Origin: Octopus vulgaris
Lineage: Eukaryota
Direction of reading: 5' to 3'
NCBI GenBank assembly: GCA_951406725.2
Contig: OX597818.1
Span: 55,862,001 to 55,926,000 of the forward strand
Length of the DNA stretch: 64,000 nt
This document shows, piece after piece, positions 1 to 12,635 of this stretch. Position 1 is the stretch's first letter, and each line of letters starts with the position of its first letter. The translations under genes were made by a program, and so were the position numbers. The notes beneath the pieces are model-generated. The model did not search any database. It was not told where the DNA came from and saw only the letters and a list, made by a program, of their open reading frames with translations.

Positions 1-365
1 TACCTCCACATGGTATCTACAACTCATGGATTATACAGCATTGAACTTAATTGTTACATTCTACCCATTTAGCTCCAGATCAGAACTGATCCATCAAACT
101 TATGATCAAAGCTAGTTCCAGCCATGCCCACTCTTCCGATATTATGTTTAAGAGTAAGGTATCTAGTATATTCTTCTGTTTTTATTCTTTGAGATAGTTG
201 GAGGTTGGGTGCATGTAGGCAGATTTAACTCAACTGCTATTTCTAGCAGGCTGACCTAGAAATTTATTTGCAATAATTATGTAAATTAGCACGCATATTA
301 AGAAATCTAGCTTACTCTATATTTGTTAGCTTACTATTATTTTATATTTTTATTTATTTATTTAG

Positions 366-484
366 TGCATTGAACTATTTTCTGATAGGTTTTACTGCAG
401 CAGTCCAGAGCGCATCAGCATTTCCTGATCAACTAAATGTTGCCAGCAATTTTCCCTCAAAAACCTATTTTTTACCAAAATATA
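366..484 (+). CDS. Candidate internal exon, unidentified protein
   Basis: Long T-rich tract ending tttag at 365 and donor A|gtgagt at 485. One frame is open (xALNYFLIGFTAAVQSASAFPDQLNVASNFPSKTYFLPKY) and GC is locally higher. No family recognised. Confidence 0.3.
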
Positions 485-2221
485 GTGAGTTCGTATGATT
501 ACATTTATTTTTAGGTATAAGTAAACTTTGGCAAGGCTTGGTACTACTGCTACAATACACACACACACACACCACAGATACATAGTGCTCCACTTCTATC
601 AGTGGGCCTGTTCCTATCCTCTGTCTAAAATTGTTGTTTATAATGTCTCATACTCATACAAACACACTGTTTGTATGCTTATGGTTTTCACATTCAAAAA
701 CATTAAATATACTTAATATAAATTTGTTGACACATGAGTGTAGACTATTACACACATCCCCTGGTTTCATCTAGGTATCCGGGTGGATGTCTGAAATCAT
801 CAGTGAACACAAAGCCGAGGTAGTAATAATAGCTAGATGGGCTGACATGTGATGACAACCAGGTTTGTTGGTTACATTAAGACTCAGCAGTGTTTAATGA
901 TGTTTGAAAGAGGGTATCTTTTTTAATACACGAGATGGATGGAGGATATTAATTCTAAGTTTTTCTTTAGAATGGGTGCCAGGTGGTCTTGTTTCTTTTT
1001 TTTTTTTTCTTTTAAGACAGAGCTTAAATAGTTTTGGCATATTTTTAAAGAAGGTTTCATTTTTGTATTTGTTTTGCAAAATCCTTGATGTGAAATCGTG
1101 TGTTGAAACAGATGTTGTTGTATCTTGGAGACTCATTTTACCAATAAAAATACATGTACTGTCTCTATTTTACTTTTTATTATCATCAGTCATCTAGCTA
1201 ATTAACTGATTGCTTGATTAATCATTCAATCAATTAGTGAATCCTTTCATTTTTAAGGGTCCTTTTGTCACCATTTACAACCTCATCAATGACATACCTT
1301 CAGTTCCCCAAGTCTGTTATGCTGTATCTTGACTGGATCTCTTGAGTTTTGCTAATGTATTTATACTTTTTGGAGGGTGAGGAAGTGAGTGAACGTGCAT
1401 GTGTAATGGCAAGTGGGTGGAGATTTACATATGGTCTGTTGGGGTTTTGATTTTTTTTACATTTTTGGTCAGTTTCTGTGAGAACAAATTGTGTGCTTGT
1501 GTGTACCCACACCTATAAGCCTTCTAGTCGCAGTTCCTGGCTGTACATCTTCCTGTTATTGTTATCTCTCAAGGAAATAATGAATTTATTCACAGATATG
1601 TACTTATTCTAGCAAGCCATCTTACACACAAGTCCTTTGGGGACCCATTTTTGTTTTGTATGACCCAAATGTACAACAGATAGTACCAGATTACATACTA
1701 CCTGATGCATTCATGAGCAACCTCACACACACACACATGCATACAGTCAAGTGTGTGTGTGTGTATACACATGCATACATTTGTGCATCCAACAACACAT
1801 AGTGGTTGAATGGCTTGCATATCCTGGGTCTGCTGATGGTGGGAATGCTAATTCCTTATTTTTTTTTATGTCTACATATACATAGACTCATTCCCAGCAT
1901 AGACACAAGGCTGGAAATGGGGAAGGAGGATGACCATTCAACCACATTGGCCACAGTACATGATTACCATTCTGTTCATCAATCCCATAATTGAATCCAT
2001 GTACACACTGGCCCACACATGCACAGACATACATGCACAAATGTGGGCACATGTATAAATCTATATGAGGGGTGGGGGGTTTATATCTACAGACGGGTAG
2101 TGGTAGGGTCATTGCTATTTCTTTTGTACTTCCTATTAAGTATAGGCCATCATATTGATATGAATATGGCTTTTTTTAATTTGCCATAACATTGTATGAT
2201 GTACATTTTGTGATGTCTCTT

Positions 2222-2587
2222 TTATTCTTCTACTTGTTTCAGTCATTTGACTGCGGCCATGCTGAAGCACCGCCTTTAGTCGAGCAAATCGACCCCAGGA
2301 ATTATTCTATTGGTCTCTTTTGCTGAACCGCTAAGTTACGGGGACGTAAACACACCATTGGTTGTCAAGCGATGTTGGGGGGACAAACACAGACACACAA
2401 ACATATACACATGCATACATGTATACGATGGGCTTCTTTCAGTTTCCATCTACCAAATCCACTCACAAGGCTTTGGTCGTCCCGAGGCTGTAGTAGAAGA
2501 CACTTGCCAAAGGTGCCACGCAGTGGGAATGAACCTGGAATCATGTGGTTGGTAAGCAAGCTATTTACCACACAGTCACTCTTGCGC
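2222..2587 (-). mobile_element. tRNA-derived SINE, family S1
   Basis: Reverse copy of the head GGAGTGGCTGTGTGGTAAG...GGTTC(A)GTCCCACTGCGTGGCACCTTGGGCAAGTG, internal (TA/TG)n, tail GACTGAAACAAGTAAAAGA. More than 15 copies or fragments in the window. Confidence 0.9.
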
Positions 2588-4149
2588 ATGTATTGATTAA
2601 AAAAAAAAGAAACAGTTGCTCAGTTATTCCTGAATTTTATTTGTATTTGCCATTGTCCAAGACAAATGTCTTGTATTGTTTAGGTGAAAGCTTGGACCAA
2701 TTCTTGAACTATCGCCACTTTTGCTTTGTGTCTTCAGGAGATCAGGAATGTCTACTTAGATGCCTGCATCAAGTTTTATATCAATTTAATGGATTACAAA
2801 CACACATATACTCATGCAGACACACACAACTTTGATACTACGTCTTACTTTGTAGCACCCGAGGCAAGCGTTGTCTAACTCAGGGCAACCAAAGCTTGTA
2901 AGTAAAATTTGGTTGAAGGAAGTTATGAAAGCCAGCCATGTTTTTGGATGGTAGAAAAATACCCATTGCCCAGTTTAACACTGCCACCACTACCACTGCC
3001 TGGTCTGTGGTTGCCTTTAATGAAGTCCAGTTTGTTACAAACATTCAAGCCTGGTTTCTGGGTTGAGGATAGTTTTTTTCATGACCTCTCACTAATCTCT
3101 TGAAAGTACAATATTTTATAAATTAAATCTATATAGTATTTTATTTTATAATTTTTTTAAATTACAGAAGTTAAGTCAATTATGAATAAATATTTAATTA
3201 CTTTGAAAAAGCAAGCAGTTTAAAACGAAAAAGAAAATAAATGTCTTAGTTCTCGAGCTGTTCAAGGAACTGTATGCCTGTGAAAGAGAGTGCATATATG
3301 CATATGAGAATTGTTTAATTTCCATACCAAATTAAGTTAATATGTTGCTGATCTTTGAAGAAAATAGTGGCAGAAATATAAATAAAGAACTGAGTTAAAA
3401 TCAGAAAATAAAATAGAAAGTGGGGTGGCCAGATTGGGTGAAGTGTGTGTAATTAGCCATGCTCTAAAATAGGTTTTTCATGAATAGGGTAGAAATCTAC
3501 AGAAGTAGGTCTTGAAGCTCAGTAAGTTTTGGTTGCACAAACTATGAACTTTTGCTGTACAGATGACCTTTTTACAACACAAAATGGCAAACTCAATTAC
3601 TAATAAACAGATATCTCCAAATTATCCATTAATTATTTGAAGTAAATTCAACAACATTCTTTTACTGTGGAGAGAAATTCTAATCTTCTGTAGTTATCTT
3701 GAAATAAATGGCAAAAACAAATTGACATGAAGAGAAAAAGAAAGGAAAAAGAGGCCTGAAAAATGCTAAGAGTTATGCAGATACATTAAAGAAAAAATAT
3801 TCTTATTCAGCAAAATTACTGATGCTGCAAATTTTTGGTTCTCAAACAACTTCTAGAAATTAACTGTAAATTAGTTTGTTCAATTTTCAGCTCAGTCATA
3901 AAAATTATTCTTCACTTCAAACAAGTTTACTTAAAATGTTATATTTTTTTTCTTTGTTAAAAGGTTCTGAAATGATATTTTCGTGTAATTGATTTCGCTG
4001 GTGATAAAATTGTATGTAGAAAGCTAGTTTTTTTTTTTTCTCCCCCCCCCCCACCTGAATATGAATGCGCACTGCCTCTGTCAAAATTAGTTTTTCTTTC
4101 TTTTTTTAACAAAAAGCTTATTGAAGAAAGAAGGGTTGTACTGATGGGT

Positions 4150-4480
4150 TTTGTAAACCCTTTGGGACAAGTGAGACTGATGCAGTTGATGTTCAACTTC
4201 AACATCTCTAAATTGACATCTACTGGGGAAAACACGAGTAGGTTTGACATTCTAATGAAAAAGGATTGGGCATAGTAAAGGGGCCTTGACAGGGGGATAT
4301 ATTATGGGTGATGAAAAAAAAGTGAGACAAGTGTGTCAGAGGTGTATATAACTAGCTAGTTCCAAAGAGCAGACATAGTCATTGTCTCAGACAGTGTGTG
4401 GTGACAGACTGTCAGTGGGATATGCTCCAGTATGTTAGCAATTGAGGGTTTGCCAATCACCCTGATGGTGGTTTTTTTTG
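4150..4480 (-). mobile_element. Decayed CR1-like LINE 3' fragment
   Basis: Minus-strand translation with stops gives IRVIGKPSI...HHP*YIPLSRP..YAQSFFIRMSNL...NLEMLKLNINCI, resembling a CR1-group ORF2 C-terminus. Confidence 0.45.
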
Positions 4481-4674
4481 TTTTTTTTTTATGTAGTCTA
4501 GGATGGTTGTGTGCTTGGTTGGGTAACAACAGCAACAGCTATTGAACAGATTGATGCCATTGCTAAATATAATTTAGTGGTGATTGAATGATTTTTCTGT
4601 GTTTATTCACTTTTCAAATAAATAATGGTGGAAACAATGCGTATGAAATATCTTCTAATACTTATACTAATGGA

Positions 4675-4885
4675 GGTGGTGAGATGGCTGAATTGTTAGC
4701 ATGCCAGGAAAAATGCTTAATGGTAGTTTGTCTGTCTTCACATTCTGAGTTCAAGTTCCACCAAGGTCAGCTTTGCCTTTCATTCTTTCAGGGTCAATAA
4801 AATAAGTACCAGTTGAACATTGGGGTCAATGTAATCAACTTGCCCATTCCCCCAAAATTGCTGGTTTTGTGCCGAAATTTGAAGT
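4675..4885 (+). mobile_element. tRNA-derived SINE, family S2 (diverged)
   Basis: GG(C/T)GG(C/T)GAG head, TGAGTTCAA B-box, core CTTTGCCTTTCAT...AAGTACCAGTT...GGGGTC shared with about 20 copies. Confidence 0.8.
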
Positions 4886-4959
4886 CAAATTATGTAATAC
4901 TGACTGAAATTAGGTTGCAGTGTTGGATTATTGTCCATTGGGTCACAAATTGAACTATG

Positions 4960-5450
4960 AAAGGCTGCTAAAAGTAGAGAATACGAGATAAACAGGGGTT
5001 ACCCGATGCTAACCCAGTAGAGGGACCAGTGATTCATGTTGACAGCAGTGTGGCAGATAAAATAATCAAGGGTGTTGTACCCAGTGACTGCATAGTAGTA
5101 TCATCGTAAACTGTTACAAGGGCCAAGGTGATGCCTTAGAGAGAAGGAACTATAGAGGAACCAAACTTCTAGACCAAGTTATGGGAATCACAGAAAGCTG
5201 TAGCTCAGTTGATCCATGATAGAGTAGACCTGGATGGGATGCAGTTTGGCTTTGTCCCTGGAAGAATCACCACAGACACAATCTTCCTAGTAAGGCAACT
5301 TCAAGAGAATTTACTTAGCTAAGAATAAATGGCTGTTCCTATCTTTCATTGATTTGGAGAAAAAAACATTTGACAAGGTGCCATTTTCAGAAATTTTGTG
5401 GGTTCTGAGGAAACTAGGTGTTGGGGAATAGCTTGTGCAGGCAGTAAAAT
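4960..5450 (+). mobile_element. RTE-clade LINE reverse transcriptase fragment (pseudogenised)
   Basis: Translates with frameshifts to CYKGQGDALERRNYRGTKLLDQVM...DGMQFGFVPGRITTDTIFLVRQLQE...FIDLEK.FDKVP...LRKLGV. Confidence 0.9.
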
Positions 5451-7333
5451 AAATATAATTCGGTTATAGCATGAAAGATACATGTTAGCCAGTCAAAAGT
5501 GTACAAAACCTGTCAGTTATACTCAATCATTTATTTGGTATCAAAATGTTTGTCACAGCAGTTGGTCACTGGTATGCTTCCATTGCATCTTCAGTTAGAT
5601 TTTTGTGTCTTCTTGAATGGCTCACATGTGTCTTCCATGCTGTAATTGTTTTAATTGTAACACATAGTCTTAGATGAAATCACTAACATGGCAAGTACAC
5701 CTCCATAAAATTATTTTTTTCCTGTTATTCTATTGGAAAATATTGCTTGAAATGTTCGTCCTTATCCTAATTATTGCACAAGAATATAACATAACAATTA
5801 CGCAGAATCACAGCGTGACAAATAGTTGAACATGCTTACATTTCCTTTTCCATATGTTTATGGAAAACACAGTAATTTGAAATTGTTATACATTATATAT
5901 CTTCTTAATGTTTTGGTAACACTTTCATATTTTGTAGAATGAAATTTAACTACCATTATATCAGACAGTCACGACTGGTAGATTACATATAACTAAACAG
6001 TCAATTCACTTTCTCAATTCAAATAGTAGAAATAAAGAACTGTCTAACTACAACCACATCATAGCAGGCTTGATAAAACAATTAATTGTCTATATTTAAA
6101 GGCTGTAGTTGGAAGACATTTAGAAGATAAGGCACAAAGAAAAGGGTACTATATTTCTTGATATATGATGAGTTTGCATGTTTTGCTTAGCTTGAATAAC
6201 AAGCTCAGTCTTTTTTCTCATGTAATTTATATTTAGAAGGTTTAAGCATTTAAGATATTTTTGTTGATTTAACACTTTCCTGAAAATAATGTTTCAAGTG
6301 GTATCAGAGTTTTGCAGAACTCTGCAGAGGAAAACAATCGTGTTAGCGACAACTTCTTTAAAGACCTGATATGCACAGCCAGACTTGCAGTGCTTTGATT
6401 GCCTTCCATGTTCTACACATAGGGAAAAAGAAGATATGATATGATAATATATGACATAATCTGATATGATGTGTGTATAATATAATATAAACCTATAAGA
6501 TAATAGGAGGAAAATTCAACCTCAGGAAATGATATCTTAGAACTTCATCGGTTGTGAATGAGAGGCCATATATATATATATTAAGATGTGATACAACAAG
6601 CTAAGAAAATAGCAAAAGACCAACAAACTAAATACAATTACTTAATTCTAGTTATCATTATACTAACTCACCACTAATTGTAATCAATTAAAATTTGAGA
6701 GTTTTCTCCCTGCTTTCCTTCTTCAAAATTAACAATTAAACTAATGATTCTCTCTCCTCCTCCTCATGAGTGTAATTTCAATTTATTAGAAGTTTTTGGG
6801 ACTCACTAATTAAATGTCAGCAAGAAGTGCCAATCACTTATAGTGGATAGAATTCGTGATAGGAGACCCAGGAAAAAATGAGACCCATGCCAGCATGGAA
6901 AACGGATATTAAAAGATGGTGATGTACTTGTGGAGAATATTTTGCCAGAGTCTTTAATCCTACAATAGTCTTGATAAATCTTGGATGAATATGAAAGGCG
7001 CTTCTAATGCACAAAAGGCACATTACAAACTATAGATTTTTGGCTGTCAGCTGTAAATACTTGTAAAGCAACCATAGCAAAAAAAAAGAGAGCCTCTATG
7101 TGATTGTGTAACCTACTAAAAATAATAGTCAAATTTTCCTCAAAATCACACTCAGTTGTCTTGTAAAAGAAAGGAGTCATATACAGCTTTATCTTAAGAG
7201 ACATCTGGATGATGATAGCTTGAACACCTTTGATCATATCTGTTCATTCAGGTTTGGCCCAGGGCTAAATAACAATAACAACAACTGTAAAGTTAACGTC
7301 ATACCTGTAGGTAATTAAAATCATTATTACATA

Positions 7334-7710
7334 GGCATAGGACTGGCTGTGTGGTAAGAAACTTGCTTCCCAACCACATGGTTCCAGGTTCAGTCCCACT
7401 GCGTGGAAACTTGGGCAAGTGTCTTCTACTATAGCATCGGGCCAACCAAAACCTTGTGAGTGGATTTGGTAAACAGAAACTGAAAGAAGCCCATTGTATA
7501 TATGTATGCGCTTGTCACCACCCCTCCAACACTTGACACTGATGTTTGTGTGTTTACGTCCCTGTAACTTAGCGGTTTGGCCAAAGAGACCAATAAAATC
7601 AGTACTAGGCTTACAAAGAGTAAGCTCTGGGGTTGATTTGTTTGCTGAAAGTCGGTGCTCCAGCATGGCTGCATTCCAATGACTGAAACAAGTAAAAGAG
7701 TAAAAGAATA
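7334..7710 (+). mobile_element. SINE S1, near full length
   Basis: Matches the S1 head, body and GAAACAAGTAAAAGAG tail. Confidence 0.9.
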
Positions 7711-7720
7711 TGTGTTTCCT

Positions 7721-7946
7721 TTAACCTTTTAGCATTCAGATTACTTTGTCCCATGCTGTGCTTATTTATTCTCGTTGTTGAATTAATCATGTGTTATCTT
7801 GTAGCTTCAAGATTTCCATGATGCAATTGTTTGTTATTGGAACGACATTGCAAGGTAGGTGTGAGAGACCAGATCTGGCCAGTTCTAACATAAAACAAGG
7901 AGGATATTTGAGCCACAAATGGCCAGTTTAGATGCTAAAGGGTCAA
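7721..7946. mobile_element. TTAA-flanked piggyBac-type MITE, family B
   Basis: TTAA CCTTTTAGCATT ... GATGCTAAAGGG TCAA. Homologous to 9869-10097 and 51719-51947. Confidence 0.8.
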
Positions 7947-8052
7947 GATATTACGTTACGTGTAAAAGGGAAATTCTTGCTACAGGAAACTTAAGACTGC
8001 CTTACAAACTTGGCTTACATGAAACTTGACATCATTATTGCTGCTGAATCAA

Positions 8053-8093
<41 letters not shown>

Positions 8094-8300
8094 CGCACAA
8101 ACCACAGATATAAGTTCATTTATGAAACTGACTGCAAAGTGTGTGTGTGTAACTGATTACTGAATCAAAGTAAAAGAAAGTCTTTAATTCTAGAGAAAAG
8201 TGTACTGAAAACAATACTATTCTTTATTTATCATAATCCCCCTCTTCAGTAATATACATGTTACTTATTTCTCCAACTCCACAATAACTTTCCAAAGTCT

Positions 8301-8530
8301 TTAACCCTTTCGTTACCAACCCGGCTGAAACTAGCTCTGTTCTCTGAGTACAAATGTCTTGCTTTCATAAGTTTTGAGTTAAAAATCTTCCACCAAACCT
8401 TAGTCACAATTTATGTTCCTAACACTAGCTGAATGATAACTAAGTTATGTTACTAAATTCTTTGTTATATTTAAAGTAACTGAAAGAAACACAGATCATC
8501 TCAAAGTAAATACAGTAACAAAAAGGTTAA
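8301..8530. mobile_element. TTAA-flanked piggyBac-type MITE, family A
   Basis: TTAA CCCTTTCGTTAC ... GTAACAAAAAGG TTAA. Five homologous copies in the window. Confidence 0.85.
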
Positions 8531-9259
8531 ACAGAGGAAAATGCCTTGATTTGTAAAGTCTGTGGCAAGTCTGTGAGTTCATCAACTACTTTAACTCCGC
8601 CATCAACTTGTCCTTTCAGTACATCTAGCAGAATTCACTCTGTTCAAGCTAAGTGCTCCCACCAGTGAAAGAGGCCCTTTAAAGGGTCATGAGTTTGAAT
8701 TTCCTCCTGACTAATCCATTAAAAGTGTAAGGAAAAAAACCCCTAAAAACTACCAAAAAGTTCATTTAGAAAATTGCATGTCAAAGAATTTCAGTTCACA
8801 GCTTTATAAAATATCCTTACCATGGTGTTCTGTGTCAATTTTTTGCCGTTTGACTGATATTCAAGTTATGATTACGCCCATCATCTTTCTTTTTTTGGCA
8901 TATTGTTTTCAAGATTAAGTTCTTCAACATGTTTTGTCTTTTCTGAGATGCCAGGGTGTAGTTTGATAGAGATTTAGCTGCCTTTTTTTTTTATCAGGTT
9001 AAGCAATCATGTAAAAGCCCCCTTGTTTGTATAAATATAAAAAGTAAATACATGCTTAAAGTAGTGGCATCCTCAAGATCTTTCTAGTGTGAGATTCTGA
9101 GATGTGCATACCACTGCTGATAAGGTCAGAACATCAGCAACTGTTGTGCTTCATTCAAATTTTCTTAATCTTTATTTTTGTGCACCAAATTGTTGCCTCG
9201 TCCCTGATATCTAATCTCTTCCTGTATACCAATAGGTTTTGGTGGTATCCTACTCAAAC

Positions 9260-9756
9260 TGACAGGTGGAGGTAAAGGGTAAAAACCCCCTTCGGTCATG
9301 GACAACTATGAAATTGCACCTAGAAAGTTCCCTTCCTAAGCACAAGTCTGGGCAAGGTTGTTTATGGAAGATCAGCAGTCACCCATGCATACCAGCCTCC
9401 CCTCTGCATGCCACTGATGTTCTCCAAAGGAAATGCAAATGCTGATACGGCTTGGCACTCATTTCTACATCTGAGTATTGTTGACGTTAGGAAGGGCATC
9501 CAGCTGTAGAAACACTGCCTGATCAGACTGGGGCCTGGTGCAGCCTCCTGGCGTCCCAGACCCCGGTCGAACCATCCAACCCATGCTAGCATGGAAAGTG
9601 GACGTTAAATGATGATGATGATGATGAGTGAACTAGAACAACATGAAGTGAAGTGTTTTGCTCAAGAACACAACACACAACCCAGTCTGGGAATCGTACT
9701 CACTACCTCATGATTGTGAGTCCAACACTCTTATTACTGAGCCATGTGCCTTCATG
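9260..9756 (-). mobile_element. tRNA-headed SINE interrupted by an S3 SINE fragment (about 9475-9627, +)
   Basis: Minus-strand head GAAGGCACATGGCTCAGTAATAAG...GTACGATTCCCAG...TTGAGCAAAACACTT at 9650-9756. The inserted S3 3' end has a (GAT)n tail. Confidence 0.6.
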
Positions 9757-9868
9757 CGGCGCAGGTATTGTATATACGAAACATACTTCTATGGTACACA
9801 CCCAATCATTTGACTAATTAGCCTTTTCAAGTTAAGGGATAACTGAGTGCAGTTAATGGGTTTAATGT

Positions 9869-10097
9869 TTAACTCTTTAGCATTCAGATTACTTTGTCAA
9901 ATGTAAAGCTTATCTATTCGTATTGTTTTAAATTAATCCTGGAATATCTCATAGTTTTCATATTTCAATGATGTGATTGTTTATTTTTAGAATAACATTG
10001 TAGGATAGGTGTTAAAGCCTAGATCTGACTAGTTTGAACATAGAATTGGTTGAATGTTTTGGCCAGGTATGTCCTGTTTAAATGTTAAAGAGGTTAA
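9869..10097. mobile_element. TTAA MITE family B
   Basis: TTAA CTCTTTAGCATT ... AATGTTAAAGAGG TTAA. Confidence 0.8.
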
Positions 10098-10547
10098 TGG
10101 AAAGATGTGGATTATAAGTAAGAAGAGGGTTCCAGAAGCAAACATTGGAGAGTATGGTTAAATATTTAACTAGATGTGGAGATGAGGTGAACCAAGAGTA
10201 AAGGGTCAGTAACATCAACGGCTGAGGGACTCTACAGGAAGAGCAGAAGTGTGTGGGTGGAAGTAGGACCAGCATGGGTCTCTTCACTTCAGAGTGGTCA
10301 TGGACACGTGAACATATGAGCTAGAGGGGGAATTTGCCATTAGGTTCTGGCCAAAGGTCAGGTGCGTAGGGCGCCTTTCAGATGTAACCTAGCTGGAACG
10401 TTGACACTCCAAGAGAACTTCAGAGGTAGGTGAATCGCACTTTGTTCCTCATTCTGTTCTAGAAGATGGTAAGAAGAGAAGGAATGTGTGCATCAAATAC
10501 TTTTATACAGATTGCAAGTATCAGGAGTGGAAACTTTCTGGCAATCA

Positions 10548-10778
10548 TTAACCCTTTCGTTACTGTATTTATTTTGAGATGCTCTGTGTTTTTTTTTCAA
10601 TTGATTTTAAATATAACAAAGAATTTAGTAAAATAACTTAGTTATCATTCAGCTAGTGTTAGGAACATAAATTGTGACTAAGGTTTGGGGGAAGATTTTA
10701 ATTCAAAACTTATGAAAACAAGACATTTGTACTCAGAGCCAGAGCCAGTTTCAGCCAGATTGGTAATGAAAGGGTTAA
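10548..10778. mobile_element. TTAA MITE family A (opposite orientation to 8301)
   Basis: TTAA CCCTTTCGTTAC ... GTAATGAAAGGG TTAA. Confidence 0.85.
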
Positions 10779-12082
10779 AGAAACAAAGGCTGAGCTCAAA
10801 TTGATAATGGATCAATTGTTTTAAATAACCAGTTGAAGGTTTGCTTAAGAAATGGACTGCTTTGCTGTGCCTGTGTGTAAGACTGATTTGCATTTTGTAT
10901 AATTTTTGCTGTTTTTGAAGACTCAAGTATTCTCACAATATATTTATGACTACCTGAAGATCGTGTGGCCATCACGAAAAGTTATCAGACACTGTACATA
11001 TGAATAAAGGAGTCAGGACAGCAAGTTTGGGGAATTTTTTCTTGAAATTTTCAACATCTAAAATTTTGTGCTGCTTGATGAAATTTTTGTCAAATCCTTG
11101 GTGCAAGATTTTACCAGTGTAAATGTGCATGCTCAGCTGTTTGTATTTGACAGAATTTGGATGTGAACGAAATATATCTATGAAACGTGGCAAGTGTAGG
11201 GTAGTATCTTCTGCTGGAAGAATTTCTGTGTGTTGAAGTTAGGGTAGAGGTGATAGGGAACAGGTGTTAGTGAAATGAAATAAGAACCTTCTTGCATATA
11301 AGGGCACAATTTTCTTAGTACGTGTAAGTTTACATTGAAAAAGATGTTGAAGAGCTTGGTTGCAAAGCACTATATCAGAGTGGTGAGTAGAAAACCATCA
11401 AGCCCTGGGACTATTTTGTTCTTTATGAGCTGAAGAAAATGTTAGAGTTGTTTGTTGAAAACCCTTAAAAGCTAGAAAATATGAATTCGAAATTTGTCTT
11501 TCATTACACTAGGGGAAATTTTGCTTAGTTGAACTAAAATGAAACTAAACCATTCAGTTAAGGGGACAAGAAAGAAGAAATATATGTTAGATTCTTTGTA
11601 ATTAATTAAATCAATTAGACAAATACACATTATGTCATAATTAAAGTACTCAATAGTATTTTTCCTTTATAGTTTTTTTTATTAAAATCGCTGGTATTAA
11701 CAAATTTTCAAATATCTCCATACCTGAAAGTATTAGTTATATTTTGTAAACAATTTACCCAATCAAATGTCCCTAGCTCTGTGAGTGTGTGTGTGTGTGA
11801 TTGTGTGTTGTGACACTGTGGCTGAAAATAAGATACAGAATGAAGTATGTCTGATCTATAGTAGAGCATTCAACTGCTTGATAAAAACATGACAACTCAT
11901 GATTTGGTAAATTATTTCTAACAGATGTACATGCTGTTAGGTAAAATAATTTTGAAAGTAATGTCTTTTCACTTTTTCTTTTAAGTGTAAGTAAAAGTAC
12001 ATCATTTTCCAAATTCATATATGATCTGACTGATGATGATGATGATGAGGTGTGTGTGTGATGATGTGTATGTGTGTGTGTG

Positions 12083-12085
<3 letters not shown>

Positions 12086-12142
<57 letters not shown>
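12086..12142. repeat. (TA)n microsatellite
   Basis: Perfect TA run of about 28 units. Confidence 0.95.
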
Positions 12143-12144
<2 letters not shown>

Positions 12145-12145
<1 letters not shown>

Positions 12146-12513
12146 TAAAGTGGCTGAGTTCCTTTCAAGCATTAGGCCTCATGGAGGCAAATTGACCGAG
12201 TTCCTCATAGGCCTCACAGAGTCAATGATCAAGATCTTTGGCATTATGACATGCTTTAGAAGAAGACCCATCAAGCTGAACAAAATCGCAGTCGTGGCAG
12301 GTACCGGTGTCATGAAAATGGTACCCATGCCGGTGACACCTAAAAGCACCCATTACACTCTTGTAGTGGTTGGCGTTGCAAAGGGCATCCTGCTGTACAA
12401 AACCATGCCAAATCAGACTGGATCCTGGCACAGCCTTCCAGCATGCCAGCCTAGTCAAACCATCCAAACCATGCCAGCATGGACAACAGACGTTATATTA
12501 TGATGATGATGAT
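12145..12513 (+). mobile_element. S3 retroposon (RTE-like (GAT)n tail) between two (TA)n tracts
   Basis: AAAAGCACCCA..ACACTC..GTGGTTGGCGTT..AAGGGCATCC...CCATGCCAGCATGGA...(GAT)n, shared with about 10 copies. Confidence 0.8.
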
Positions 12514-12550
<37 letters not shown>

Positions 12551-12594
12551 TTAATAGTAGGAGATGGATTTTGTATTAGGTTTTCATTAGGTAC

Positions 12595-12635
12595 AACACA
12601 TGTTCCAACCCATCAGTCTGGGTCTCTTCAGGTTC
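12595..12635 (-). ncRNA. Degenerate hammerhead ribozyme-like motif
   Basis: Minus strand GAAC CTGAAGA GACCCA-gactga-TGGGTT GGAA CATGT GTT: CUGANGA core, 6-bp stem II, palindromic ACAUGU. GAAA is mutated and the cleavage base is missing. Confidence 0.45.

Noticed and set aside
8210-8900. Possible minus-strand mariner C-terminus (YITEEGDY) split by MITE A
   Set aside because: Too degraded to support beyond one short motif.
10972-11230. Minus-strand ORF of about 85 codons
   Set aside because: No splice signals or recognisable motif. Possibly a decayed retroelement.
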